The position numbers and the translations under genes were made by a program. Shown here one piece after another: positions 49,588 to 57,459 of a DNA stretch of 64,000 bases. How positions within the stretch are numbered: position 1 is the first letter of the stretch; each line of letters begins with the position of its first letter. Source of the stretch: Bdellovibrionales bacterium GWA1_52_35 (GTDB lineage Bacteria > Bdellovibrionota > UBA1018); NCBI GenBank assembly GCA_001769805.1, contig MEPO01000019.1:37093-101092 (forward strand), read 5' to 3'. The notes beneath the pieces are model-generated. The model was given only the letters and a program-made list of their open reading frames with translations. It did not search any database and was not told the DNA's origin.

Positions 49588-50585
49588 GCTGCATTCTCTG
49601 ATTCGTGCACATCATGAACAGCAGGTTTCAGTTGGGCGCGAGCCGGAACGAGCAAGCGCTGGTCGGGAGCCCAGCTGAGGCTGATACGCGGAACGCGACT
49701 TAGAATAGCAAGCCACAGGGTGAGAACGTAGGGAAGACTCAATGCGGGAAGCCCGATACGTTTCAAAAATTGATCAGCAGCGATGGTGATGAAACACGAA
49801 AAGGTGCAGAAGATGAAAATCGTCCGCCAAGAATATTTTTGGGGAAAGGACGCCAGACCCAGTCCGACCAGCCCGGCACTATAACTGAAATATCCGTACT
49901 CCCAGACTCCTGCACCGGTCGAGAGCAGGTAGGAACCGAGCAGGGCACAGCCCGTACCCGCAATAAAGTAAATCGCCCTTCGCGGGCTGAAAACGAAGAG
50001 AAGGGCCGTAGCCGCCAAACCGAAGGAGGCATTGGGAATAAAAAGCAGGCGCCCAGCACTCAGGAACAGGGCATCTGCAAGTCTTAACGGTAAACCCCAC
50101 GCGGTGTGCAGGCCAGGAAGGGCGGCAATCTCAGGAGGCCATGCCTGAGGATTCAGGGTGAGTGAAAAACCGGGTGCGCTCAGCCAGAATATCCAGACTA
50201 CGGCGATGTAGGGGAAGATGAAGGGACTCAGCTTCCAGTGCTGCAGAACCTCGTGACTGGCTTTTACAAAATACGGCAACGCCAGTGAGCCGAGCAGTAC
50301 GCATAGGTATAAGGTAACCGAGCTTTCAAAAAAATGGGCCATAGCCAGACCAAAGAAAAATCCGTTAAGGGATATTAAACCATAGTGTTTGAGCACCTTT
50401 GGAGTGCTGTAATTTCTGGAAAACGCATATCCCAGGAGGGATGAGTAAAGCGCAATCAAAAATGCGCGAAAGTCAAAAGCCGAAACGAGCAAAAGCAGGC
50501 CTGCTCCGAACAGGGGATGATCAAGAAAAAATGCGTTTGCAATCCCTGACAAATATTCCTGAATACCAGCGCTTATCTTTTTCAT
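49584..50585 (-). CDS. Urea-transporter (UT) family membrane channel-like protein
   Basis: 'LSGIANAFFLDHPLFGAGLLLLVS...GLISLNGFFFGLAMAHFF' follows the UT pattern (GIGQvfF...GLyGfNgvLvGlal). The ATG at 50585 forms ATGA with the upstream stop. Confidence 0.6.
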   Translation of the reverse strand: MKKISAGIQEYLSGIANAFFLDHPLFGAGLLLLVSAFDFRAFLIALYSSLLGYAFSRNYSTPKVLKHYGLISLNGFFFGLAMAHFFESSVTLYLCVLLGSLALPYFVKASHEVLQHWKLSPFIFPYIAVVWIFWLSAPGFSLTLNPQAWPPEIAALPGLHTAWGLPLRLADALFLSAGRLLFIPNASFGLAATALLFVFSPRRAIYFIAGTGCALLGSYLLSTGAGVWEYGYFSYSAGLVGLGLASFPQKYSWRTIFIFCTFSCFITIAADQFLKRIGLPALSLPYVLTLWLAILSRVPRISLSWAPDQRLLVPARAQLKPAVHDVHESENAA

Positions 50586-51229
50586 AATTCCACCCATTCT
50601 CCGCAAGCAACAGTCCGGCTTCCCCAGCGCAGCAGTCGCGGACATTCGGAGCGGACCGCGAGCACAGCTCCAAATCCGAAACGAGGCTGCGATAAATACC
50701 AGTTTCCCCAAGTGGAGTCGTAAAATTTCGCCGTCCCATCGGGCAGCTCAAGGACGCAAAGCTCGTGATAGACAAGTCGATCACCGATCCAGGGAAAAAC
50801 AGTGTCATCTTTGCCCTTTTTCCAAAGCGCTTTCCAATGATTGGTACAGGTTTCGTTGTAGCTGAGCAGGGCCTGTGCGGGATGGACCTCGTGCCCCTGG
50901 GCTTTGAAAACCTCTCGGGCCAGCGCCGCAAACACGCCGCAGTCCAGGACCTTCTTGTTTACCAGTTCGCACCAGGCAATAGGCCAGGACGACGGACCCC
51001 ACGAGTAGAGCTGCTGAAGCCAGATTGGGGCCTTGATTTCAAATTGCGAAATATTCCCGATCTCCATGGATCTCGCGTAAGCGAGAAACCAGAGACGGGC
51101 GCGCTCACAGCATTCGGCATCATGATGGACCAGCGATGAGGATGGGTGCTCTGTCCATTCCTGAAAATGCTTTTCACGGGCGACAAGCTCAGCGATGGGA
51201 TCCTGCAGGTTAGCCGCGACCAAACCCAT
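50582..51229 (-). CDS. Transglutaminase-core-like (papain-fold Cys-His-Asp) cytoplasmic protein
   Basis: Candidate triad: Cys in 'VLDCGVFAALAREVFKAQGH', His in 'LVYHELCVLE', Asp in 'KFYDSTWG'. No signal peptide. Confidence 0.5.
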   Translation of the reverse strand: MGLVAANLQDPIAELVAREKHFQEWTEHPSSSLVHHDAECCERARLWFLAYARSMEIGNISQFEIKAPIWLQQLYSWGPSSWPIAWCELVNKKVLDCGVFAALAREVFKAQGHEVHPAQALLSYNETCTNHWKALWKKGKDDTVFPWIGDRLVYHELCVLELPDGTAKFYDSTWGNWYLSQPRFGFGAVLAVRSECPRLLRWGSRTVACGEWVEL

Positions 51230-53480
51230 AGCTCATGCTCCTTTCGTATCCACCGGCATCACCAAAGATCACATAATCCCCGATTTGTGCCGATTCTGGC
51301 AGGGAAACGCCATCACTGAGAATGTCGTCTTCCATGCAAATTCGTCCCAGAATGCGGGTTTCTCCCTTGCTGAGTCGAACCGGCGGGGAATTGGCTTCCA
51401 AAGAGCCGATTTGTTTGAAAAACAGCCGATGCGAGTACGCCTGAGCCAGGGGCAGTTCGGCGATGCAGGCATCGACCACGATTTCATGAAGGCTGGCATC
51501 CGGTGTTTTTCTCAGATCGAGAATTCTGGAAACCAGTATTTCACCGTCCTGGGTAAGTGAGCGGCCCGGTTCAAGGTACAGCGTGCCGACATTCGGAAGG
51601 GCCTTCCGCACGCTTTCCTGAATTCCGCTGATATCCAGCCGTTCCAAATCCGCCGGAAAGAAGCCACCCCCGAGATCCAGATGCTTTACGGGTCTTCCGC
51701 TGAGCCTTTCGGCAATCTGGCACCAAATCAGAAGCGAATCGAGCGCCTGCATCCAGGTCTGAAGTCCGATCGCCCAGCTTGGCATGTGAAAGTGAAATCC
51801 CAGCTCCGCCCTGCCCTGAAGCTTCTTCATCTTGTGGATCAAGTCGGAAAATCTGCGGGGGTCATCGAGCGGATTTCCAAAACGTGAGTGTACTTTCGGC
51901 ACTCGCATTCTAAATCCAATCACCTTTGCGATCCCCGGCAGCGCTATGACACGATCGAATTCTTCCGGTGAATCACAGTACAGTGCGTGGAGTCCCGTTA
52001 CCGGTTTGTCAGTCAGGGGCCAGAATTTCCCTGGCCCATTCAAAATGATCTGGGAAGGCAAAAAGCCAAAGGACAGAGCGCGTTGAACCTCCATTTGGCT
52101 GATGCATTCCGCAAAAAAGCCGGATTCCTTTGCCTTCCTGAGGTAATCATCCGTAGGGCAGGTTTTGACACTGAACCCGATCTGAATACGGCTGGTGTTT
52201 AAAGACGCTTGTTTAACCCGTTTCGCCAGGCGATCGAAACGGCCGCGCGCCCACTGCTCCAGATGAATCCGAGCAGGCGTGGGTCCGACATACTGCTCTG
52301 TTAGACTTGAAATTTCAGTGAAATACGAAGGATCGATGTGTTCCGGGACATCACCGGATTTGTCCGGTGTTTTCGAGTGCTGTTCCTGGGCGGAGGCGAG
52401 GGTCGGAATCAGTGCTGAAAAATCCGGACCTGATTTGCCTTTTTTGCCTTCACTCGCCCAAGCCATGGTTGCGGGATCTGGCGGCAAGGGAATGCCCACG
52501 GATTCTTTTGCTGGGATATCCTGAACAACACGCGTGAAGAACGGGTAGGGATTGACCGTTTCGAGAAATGGCATATTCCAGACATGCGCGATGAGCTTGG
52601 CAACGACGTTCTGGCCGGCGAGAGCCCCTCCATAAACCCAGGCTGGAAATCGAGGATTGCATTCTATCAACCACTTGTGGCCATCGGGATCGCGCGCGAA
52701 CTCGACTTCGCCGCCGCCCGTGTAATTCAGTTTACGAATGGCTTCCTTAAAACCCTCGAGAAAGTCCGGCTCAACCGCAGTGACGCGTGCCGCCCAGGTT
52801 TTCCCTTCTGGCGTGATCTGTCTCTTCTGCATGTGAGCCGCGGCTATGAGTTCACCTTGATAGGCCGCGAAAGCGATCGTTTCTTCTGAGCCAATGATAT
52901 GTCTTTGCAGAAATAGCTTTGAGGTTCGCCAGCTCTTCGCCATGGCATCGCGAGCTTTCACAAAACCGATCCAGGAAGAAATTCGTTTGGCATCATGATA
53001 GGGACTCTTCAGCCAGCATTGCCAGGCGTGCTGTCGCAGGAAATAGTGGATATCGGAATCCGGCAGAGATGCGGAAATGAAATCGGGAACACGAAAGCCC
53101 AAGCCGTCCAGCCCCGAGACAGCCGGTTTCGCAGTTAGCTCCAGGGCCTTCGCACCGGGGGCAAGTAGATTGGAATGAGCGCCAAGGTGCTCGGCGAGCC
53201 AGTGAACCTCCATATCCATGGCCGCAATCCAAAGATGATCATCATTTAGAATGGATAGAATGTGGTCACCGTGTTGAGCATCATTGATCTGCTTCCACTG
53301 GGGTAGCAGCAGGGTTTCATCGATTGACTTGTCGTGTAATCCTGAGCTTCCCTGCCAGTGGTCAACACCGACAAGCGTCAAATTTGGAAACGCGGCCCTG
53401 AGGCATCGTGCTATCCCCACGCCTGAACAGGGATTCTGACCTGAGTGCATTCCGCTGATGAATATTTTTGGTGGCGCCAT
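51210..53480 (-). CDS. Fusion protein: N-terminal ATP-grasp ligase plus C-terminal fold-type-III PLP-dependent decarboxylase (Orn/DAP/Arg decarboxylase family)
   Basis: ATP-grasp 'GGGEVEFARDPDGHKWLIECNPRFPAWVYG'. Decarboxylase motifs: 'IGFSVKTCP' (PLP Lys), 'GFHFHMPS', 'HLDLGGGF', 'LYLEPGRSL', 'GRICMEDD', 'GDAGGYERSMS'. ATG at 53480; the track TTG start is at 53522. Confidence 0.75.
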   Translation of the reverse strand: MAPPKIFISGMHSGQNPCSGVGIARCLRAAFPNLTLVGVDHWQGSSGLHDKSIDETLLLPQWKQINDAQHGDHILSILNDDHLWIAAMDMEVHWLAEHLGAHSNLLAPGAKALELTAKPAVSGLDGLGFRVPDFISASLPDSDIHYFLRQHAWQCWLKSPYHDAKRISSWIGFVKARDAMAKSWRTSKLFLQRHIIGSEETIAFAAYQGELIAAAHMQKRQITPEGKTWAARVTAVEPDFLEGFKEAIRKLNYTGGGEVEFARDPDGHKWLIECNPRFPAWVYGGALAGQNVVAKLIAHVWNMPFLETVNPYPFFTRVVQDIPAKESVGIPLPPDPATMAWASEGKKGKSGPDFSALIPTLASAQEQHSKTPDKSGDVPEHIDPSYFTEISSLTEQYVGPTPARIHLEQWARGRFDRLAKRVKQASLNTSRIQIGFSVKTCPTDDYLRKAKESGFFAECISQMEVQRALSFGFLPSQIILNGPGKFWPLTDKPVTGLHALYCDSPEEFDRVIALPGIAKVIGFRMRVPKVHSRFGNPLDDPRRFSDLIHKMKKLQGRAELGFHFHMPSWAIGLQTWMQALDSLLIWCQIAERLSGRPVKHLDLGGGFFPADLERLDISGIQESVRKALPNVGTLYLEPGRSLTQDGEILVSRILDLRKTPDASLHEIVVDACIAELPLAQAYSHRLFFKQIGSLEANSPPVRLSKGETRILGRICMEDDILSDGVSLPESAQIGDYVIFGDAGGYERSMSYGFGRG

Positions 53481-53488
53481 AAATTTAC

Positions 53489-53508
53489 CTGCCGCGCATT
53501 TGCGGCAG
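53489..53508 (-). promoter_or_regulatory. Perfect 7-bp inverted repeat / leader hairpin immediately upstream of the fusion-gene ATG
   Basis: CTGCCGC (53489-53495), gcattt, GCGGCAG (53502-53508). On the mRNA strand the 3' arm contains GCAGG, the only SD-like element, 9 nt from the ATG at 53480. Confidence 0.35.
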
Positions 53509-53595
53509 CGCTGCGAATGCAATTCTGGTGCTACCCGCTTCTGATAATTTGGGATTATGATATTTTGATAAAAGTGCTAAATCCATTTGCGAACT

Positions 53596-54033
53596 ATGGC
53601 CTTGTTGAAGCGTAACCCAAGCCTGCAAAGTATTCCCGTTCCCCAGGAACATACAATGGGTTGTGCGGTGGCTTGCGTCGCTGCCAGATGTGGGCTGAAT
53701 TATCAGAAAGGATTAAGGTTGTTTTCACGGGCGCAAAACGCCTGGACACGTGGGTATTATTGCGGGGAAGTCGTGCAGGCATTGAGAAATGCGGGATTTC
53801 GGTATCGATATGATCCTTATGATCACGACGCGCACCATCGTTTTTTGAGCCGGGTAGGAACGATCATATTCATCGATCCCGATCGCTCCTACCCTGTCGG
53901 ACACTATTTGTTGCGTGTTCCAGAAGGTTGGATGAATTCCTGGGTCAACTGCCCGAGAATCCTGCCGGTTCAAGCGGCGGTTCAAAGAAAAAGGATTGGC
54001 AAAACTTCCTTCATTATTTACGAGGCTGAATGA
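53596..54033 (+). CDS. Stand-alone C39-like (papain-fold) cysteine peptidase domain protein
   Basis: 'VPQEHTMGCAVACVAARCGL' (Gln...Cys, as in the C39 Q-x5-C motif) and 'YPVGHYLLRV' (His). The track start at 53587 is TTG; the ATG is at 53596. Confidence 0.5.
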   Translation: MALLKRNPSLQSIPVPQEHTMGCAVACVAARCGLNYQKGLRLFSRAQNAWTRGYYCGEVVQALRNAGFRYRYDPYDHDAHHRFLSRVGTIIFIDPDRSYPVGHYLLRVPEGWMNSWVNCPRILPVQAAVQRKRIGKTSFIIYEAE

Positions 54034-54045
54034 AATGGCTGGTGC

Positions 54046-54567
54046 CTATTCGTTCGGACCAAGCTCACTGAGTAATTTAAGGAGCCCGAGAAGATGGCCC
54101 TTCTCTTCGTTCGCAAGCTCAACCATGTATTTCTTATGTGAAGCTTTGACGTGGTTTTTCAGGCCGGAATAAAACGCGACAGCCGCTTCTTCAATGCTGA
54201 TTGCATAACGAACCAACTGGATGGGAGTCAGATTTGATAGAGATGCCGGGTCCAGCACAAGGCCGAGCTTTTTGAACACTTCTGTTTCGAAATCCAGGCT
54301 TATTTTCATCACAAATTCATCGGTAGTGGCTCCCCTGATCAGCCAGTTGAAAATATCGTCTTCGCTGTTGGTCCGCACATTCTTCTCGAACTCCCGGAAA
54401 AAGTCGCCATGTTTCCGTTCCTGCTCAGCCAGTTCCGAGCAAAGTTTTGCGACGGCCGGCTGTTTGGCATTTTTGCTGCCGAAATCATAAAGGCTCAGCG
54501 ATGCGGCTTCGATTTTTAAAGCAAGCGAGCAAACGGCGGTTGGATCGAGCTTCTTGAACGTTTTCAT
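54046..54567 (-). CDS. Ferritin-like / rubrerythrin-like di-iron four-helix-bundle protein
   Basis: Two ExxH motifs: 'ELAEQERKHGDFF' and 'ELANEEKGHLLGL'. Confidence 0.6.
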   Translation of the reverse strand: MKTFKKLDPTAVCSLALKIEAASLSLYDFGSKNAKQPAVAKLCSELAEQERKHGDFFREFEKNVRTNSEDDIFNWLIRGATTDEFVMKISLDFETEVFKKLGLVLDPASLSNLTPIQLVRYAISIEEAAVAFYSGLKNHVKASHKKYMVELANEEKGHLLGLLKLLSELGPNE

Positions 54568-54713
54568 AATGAAATATATAGTACCACGGGGTGGAGTGCG
54601 GGGCTATGGGTGATTTATAGCAGCGAGTTATTGAAAAAATATGTAATATTGTCGCCCCGTTCAACCAGCTCGGCACAAAGTTTAAGCAACAGCTGGCTGT
54701 TTTGTTTTCGTAT

Positions 54714-54872
54714 TTAAGCCGCCTGATTATGCCGTTGCTTCTGCGAACGCAGGGCTTTAGCTCCTTTGACTGCAGCCAGCAGCAGGACACTTCCGAGCCA
54801 GCCAAAGCGCCTGAAAACCAATAAATAAATTGTTGCCCATGCTTTCCGTCGGACGCTGTACGGCAGTTTCAT
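54714..54872 (-). CDS. Possible 52-aa single-pass membrane protein
   Basis: An internal ATG at 54872 is preceded by GAGGTG with a 4-nt spacer. Sequence MKLPYSVRRKAWATIYLLVFRRFGWLGSVLLLAAVKG... contains one hydrophobic helix. Confidence 0.3.
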   Translation of the reverse strand: MKLPYSVRRKAWATIYLLVFRRFGWLGSVLLLAAVKGAKALRSQKQRHNQAA

Positions 54873-54943
54873 ATTCACCTCGGGTGGATCAATGTGCTGC
54901 AAGTCAAATTCCATCTGGGCACGTCCGTTGTAAGTGCGACCGT

Positions 54944-55978
54944 ATGGTTTCACGACAAATCAAAAATGTTCTGGTAACGGGCGGCGCAGGATACATCGGC
55001 AGTCACGCAGTCAGAAGGCTCCTCAGGGCGGGCTATGCCGTGACGGTACTGGACGATCTTTCCAGCGGTTACCGCATTGCCGTAGAGAGATCATCCGCAG
55101 GACTTTTCCAGCATGCGAGATTCGTGGAGGGAAGTATTTCGGACCGCGCAGTTACGGTGAGACTTCTTCGCGAATCGGGTATTGATGCGGTCATGCACTT
55201 TGCTGCATTTATAGAGGTGGGGGAAAGCGTCACGGATCCTGCAAAGTACTACGAGAACAATTTCGCCGGAGCTTTGCAGCTTATGCAGGCAATGAATGAG
55301 GCAGAGGTGAAGAAACTGGTCTTCTCGTCGACGGCAGCCGTTTACGGAAATCCGCTTTCGACCCCAATTTCAGAAGAGCAACCTCGAATGCCGATTAATC
55401 CCTATGGACGATCAAAATTGATGGTGGAGTTGGCGATCGAGGATTTTGCCGCGGCCTACGGTCTGGGCTACGCTATTCTAAGATACTTCAACGTGGCTGG
55501 TGCAAACCCTGAGGGCCTCATTGGTGAAGCTCACGAACCCGAGAGCCACCTGATCCCGCGAATATTGGATGTCGCTTGCGGCAAGGTCGACACCATTGGG
55601 ATCTTTGGAACGGATTATCCAACCCCAGACGGTACCTGTATTCGGGACTATATCCATGTCGAGGATCTCGTGGATGCGCACCTTCTGGCCATGGAGGCGA
55701 TCCATGGCGGAGCGGGTAAGGTCTTCAATATCGGAAGCGAAAGTGGCTTTTCTGTACGAGAGGTAATTGAGGCTTGTGCAAAAGTGACCGGTAAATCCAT
55801 ACCAGTCCTTGAGAAGCCCCGCAGACTGGGTGACCCAGCGATCCTTGTCGCGTCCAGCGCGAAAATAAGAAACGAGCTGGGTTGGCAGCGCCAACGCCCC
55901 GATTTGGAAACAATAGCGGCTGATGCCTGGGCCTGGTATCAGCGGCGATCTGATCTATTCACAAAAAGAGTCGCTTGA
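54944..55978 (+). CDS. galE: UDP-glucose 4-epimerase
   Basis: 'VLVTGGAGYIGSH', 'PYGRSKLM' (YxxxK), 'RYFNVAGA'. The ORF-track start is at 54830; the ATG at 54944 gives the canonical N-terminus. Confidence 0.9.
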   Translation: MVSRQIKNVLVTGGAGYIGSHAVRRLLRAGYAVTVLDDLSSGYRIAVERSSAGLFQHARFVEGSISDRAVTVRLLRESGIDAVMHFAAFIEVGESVTDPAKYYENNFAGALQLMQAMNEAEVKKLVFSSTAAVYGNPLSTPISEEQPRMPINPYGRSKLMVELAIEDFAAAYGLGYAILRYFNVAGANPEGLIGEAHEPESHLIPRILDVACGKVDTIGIFGTDYPTPDGTCIRDYIHVEDLVDAHLLAMEAIHGGAGKVFNIGSESGFSVREVIEACAKVTGKSIPVLEKPRRLGDPAILVASSAKIRNELGWQRQRPDLETIAADAWAWYQRRSDLFTKRVA

Positions 55979-56005
55979 AGGAAGATTCCAGGCTCTCGCG
56001 ACGCT

Positions 56006-57436
56006 TCAAAGTGGATACGGCAGAGTCATTCCGAGCAGGGTGACCATGATTAGGACGGCCGGAAGCAGGACAATAAAAACGACAGCCGTGTAGCCCATCA
56101 CGTCCCGCGCTTTAAGTCCTAGAATCGTGAGAATGGGCACCATCCAGAAGGGTTGGATCAGGTTGGCCAGCGCCTCACCGAGATTGTAAACAGAAACCAC
56201 CCACCCTAAATGCACCTTGAGATCGTGCGCTGCAGTCAGCACATAGGGTGCTTCGATGATCCATTTGGAACCACCCGATGGGACAAAAACACCCAAGATC
56301 GTCGAGTAAATCGAAATAATCGGGGCAAATGTGATTGGATTCGAAATTGAGACGAAAAATCCGGCGATTTTTTCGTTCAGTCCCGTGCTCGTGATCATAC
56401 CGGCAATGCCCGCGTAAAATGGGAACTGAAGAATCGCGCCCCAAACCGCGGGTGTGGCCTCTCTGAAGGCGTTCATCAGGCGGTGAGGGGTTCCGTGCGC
56501 GAGAACTCCGACCATCAGGAAAAAGAAATTGATATTGTTCAGTGTGATTGCAGAAATCGTGCTCGGTGCGCGAAGAAGTGTGGTCAAAAGATAGGTGATC
56601 CCCATTGTGCCGATGAGAGTATTCAAAAGTGGAGAGTACTCCAACCATTCGCCGGGTGTCCGCGCTTGAGTTGGAAGCTCAGGTGGATCTGATCCGAGGT
56701 TGACGTTCAAGGCTTTCGCCGTCTTGGCTTTCGCTCCCAGCGGCGTATAAAACCAGACGATCGCCCCAACTAGAATGATTTCGATGACTACTGTGAGAAG
56801 TGTCTGCCAGAGAAAGGCGGTGTGCTGCAGTCCAATGAGTCCGCCTGGAACCACGCCTCCATTTTCGACAACCCTGCGAATCGCCGGTTGCAGAGATTCT
56901 GCGGTACACATCTGGAGATTCGCTGAACCGGAAATCCCCTGCGCCCACATGCTGCCCTGTCCGAGGAAGCTTGCGGCAGCGAGTGCTCTGTAGTCCACAA
57001 GCTTGTTTCGCTTGGCGACCTCTCTCGCCAGAATCGCACTGATGATCAGACTGAAGCCCCAGTTGAACCAGGAGGTGATCATCGAAAAGAGCGCTACCAT
57101 CAGAACCGCCCCGCGTGGAGTCTGTGGCGCGGCGGCCAGCCGAGAAATGAGCCGGTAAACAGGACGTGCAGTAGCCAGCACATAGCCGGTGATAATGATC
57201 AGGGCCATTTGCATCGTGAAAGGAATGAGCTCCCAAAAGCCCTTGCCCCAGCCATTCAGAACCGCAAGTGCCGGAGCTTGGGCCACGGTCATGCTCAGGA
57301 CAAAGATGATCAAAGTTGCGATCAAAGCAAAGATGAACGCATCCGGAATGAAGCGCTCACTCCATTCGGTGAATTTTATAGCAACCCGGGACAGGCGTCC
57401 TTCGGATGAGGACGGATAAGCATTATCGGCGGACAT
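56006..57436 (-). CDS. AtoE-family short-chain fatty acid / small carboxylate transporter
   Basis: 476-aa polytopic protein. The N-terminus 'FTEWSERFIPDAFIFALIATLIIFVL' is typical of the AtoE (TIGR00366) family. Confidence 0.8.
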   Translation of the reverse strand: MSADNAYPSSSEGRLSRVAIKFTEWSERFIPDAFIFALIATLIIFVLSMTVAQAPALAVLNGWGKGFWELIPFTMQMALIIITGYVLATARPVYRLISRLAAAPQTPRGAVLMVALFSMITSWFNWGFSLIISAILAREVAKRNKLVDYRALAAASFLGQGSMWAQGISGSANLQMCTAESLQPAIRRVVENGGVVPGGLIGLQHTAFLWQTLLTVVIEIILVGAIVWFYTPLGAKAKTAKALNVNLGSDPPELPTQARTPGEWLEYSPLLNTLIGTMGITYLLTTLLRAPSTISAITLNNINFFFLMVGVLAHGTPHRLMNAFREATPAVWGAILQFPFYAGIAGMITSTGLNEKIAGFFVSISNPITFAPIISIYSTILGVFVPSGGSKWIIEAPYVLTAAHDLKVHLGWVVSVYNLGEALANLIQPFWMVPILTILGLKARDVMGYTAVVFIVLLPAVLIMVTLLGMTLPYPL

Positions 57437-57459
57437 TGTAGCCTCAGCGTGAGTTCGGG

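Noticed and set aside
53481-53522. TTG/GTG-initiated N-terminal extensions offered by the ORF track (53522, 6008, 14934, 20710, 30377, 39890, 41666 and 53587), plus the upstream ORF-track starts at 37676 and 54830
   Set aside because: In each case an internal ATG gives a canonical N-terminus. Depending on the gene, that means a signal peptide or lipobox, a Rossmann GxGxxG close to the start, an ATGA/TAATG coupling to the upstream stop, or removal of an overlap with a divergent gene. I kept them as alternatives, not separate features.
53523-53545. Sigma54-type promoter (TGGTGC...CTTCT) in the divergent region, and a search for TGGCAC-N5-TTGC near both EBP-family genes
   Set aside because: The GG-to-GC spacing is wrong: GC falls two positions early. 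No convincing -24/-12 element was seen in the intergenic regions I inspected (6434-6588, 20711-20807, 24949-25064, 53481-53595). This was not an exhaustive scan.
54485-54805. 106-aa minus-strand ORF overlapping the ferritin-like gene start and the upstream gap
   Set aside because: It overlaps the 5' end of the ferritin-like gene in another frame, has a Cys/Arg-rich composition and no SD.
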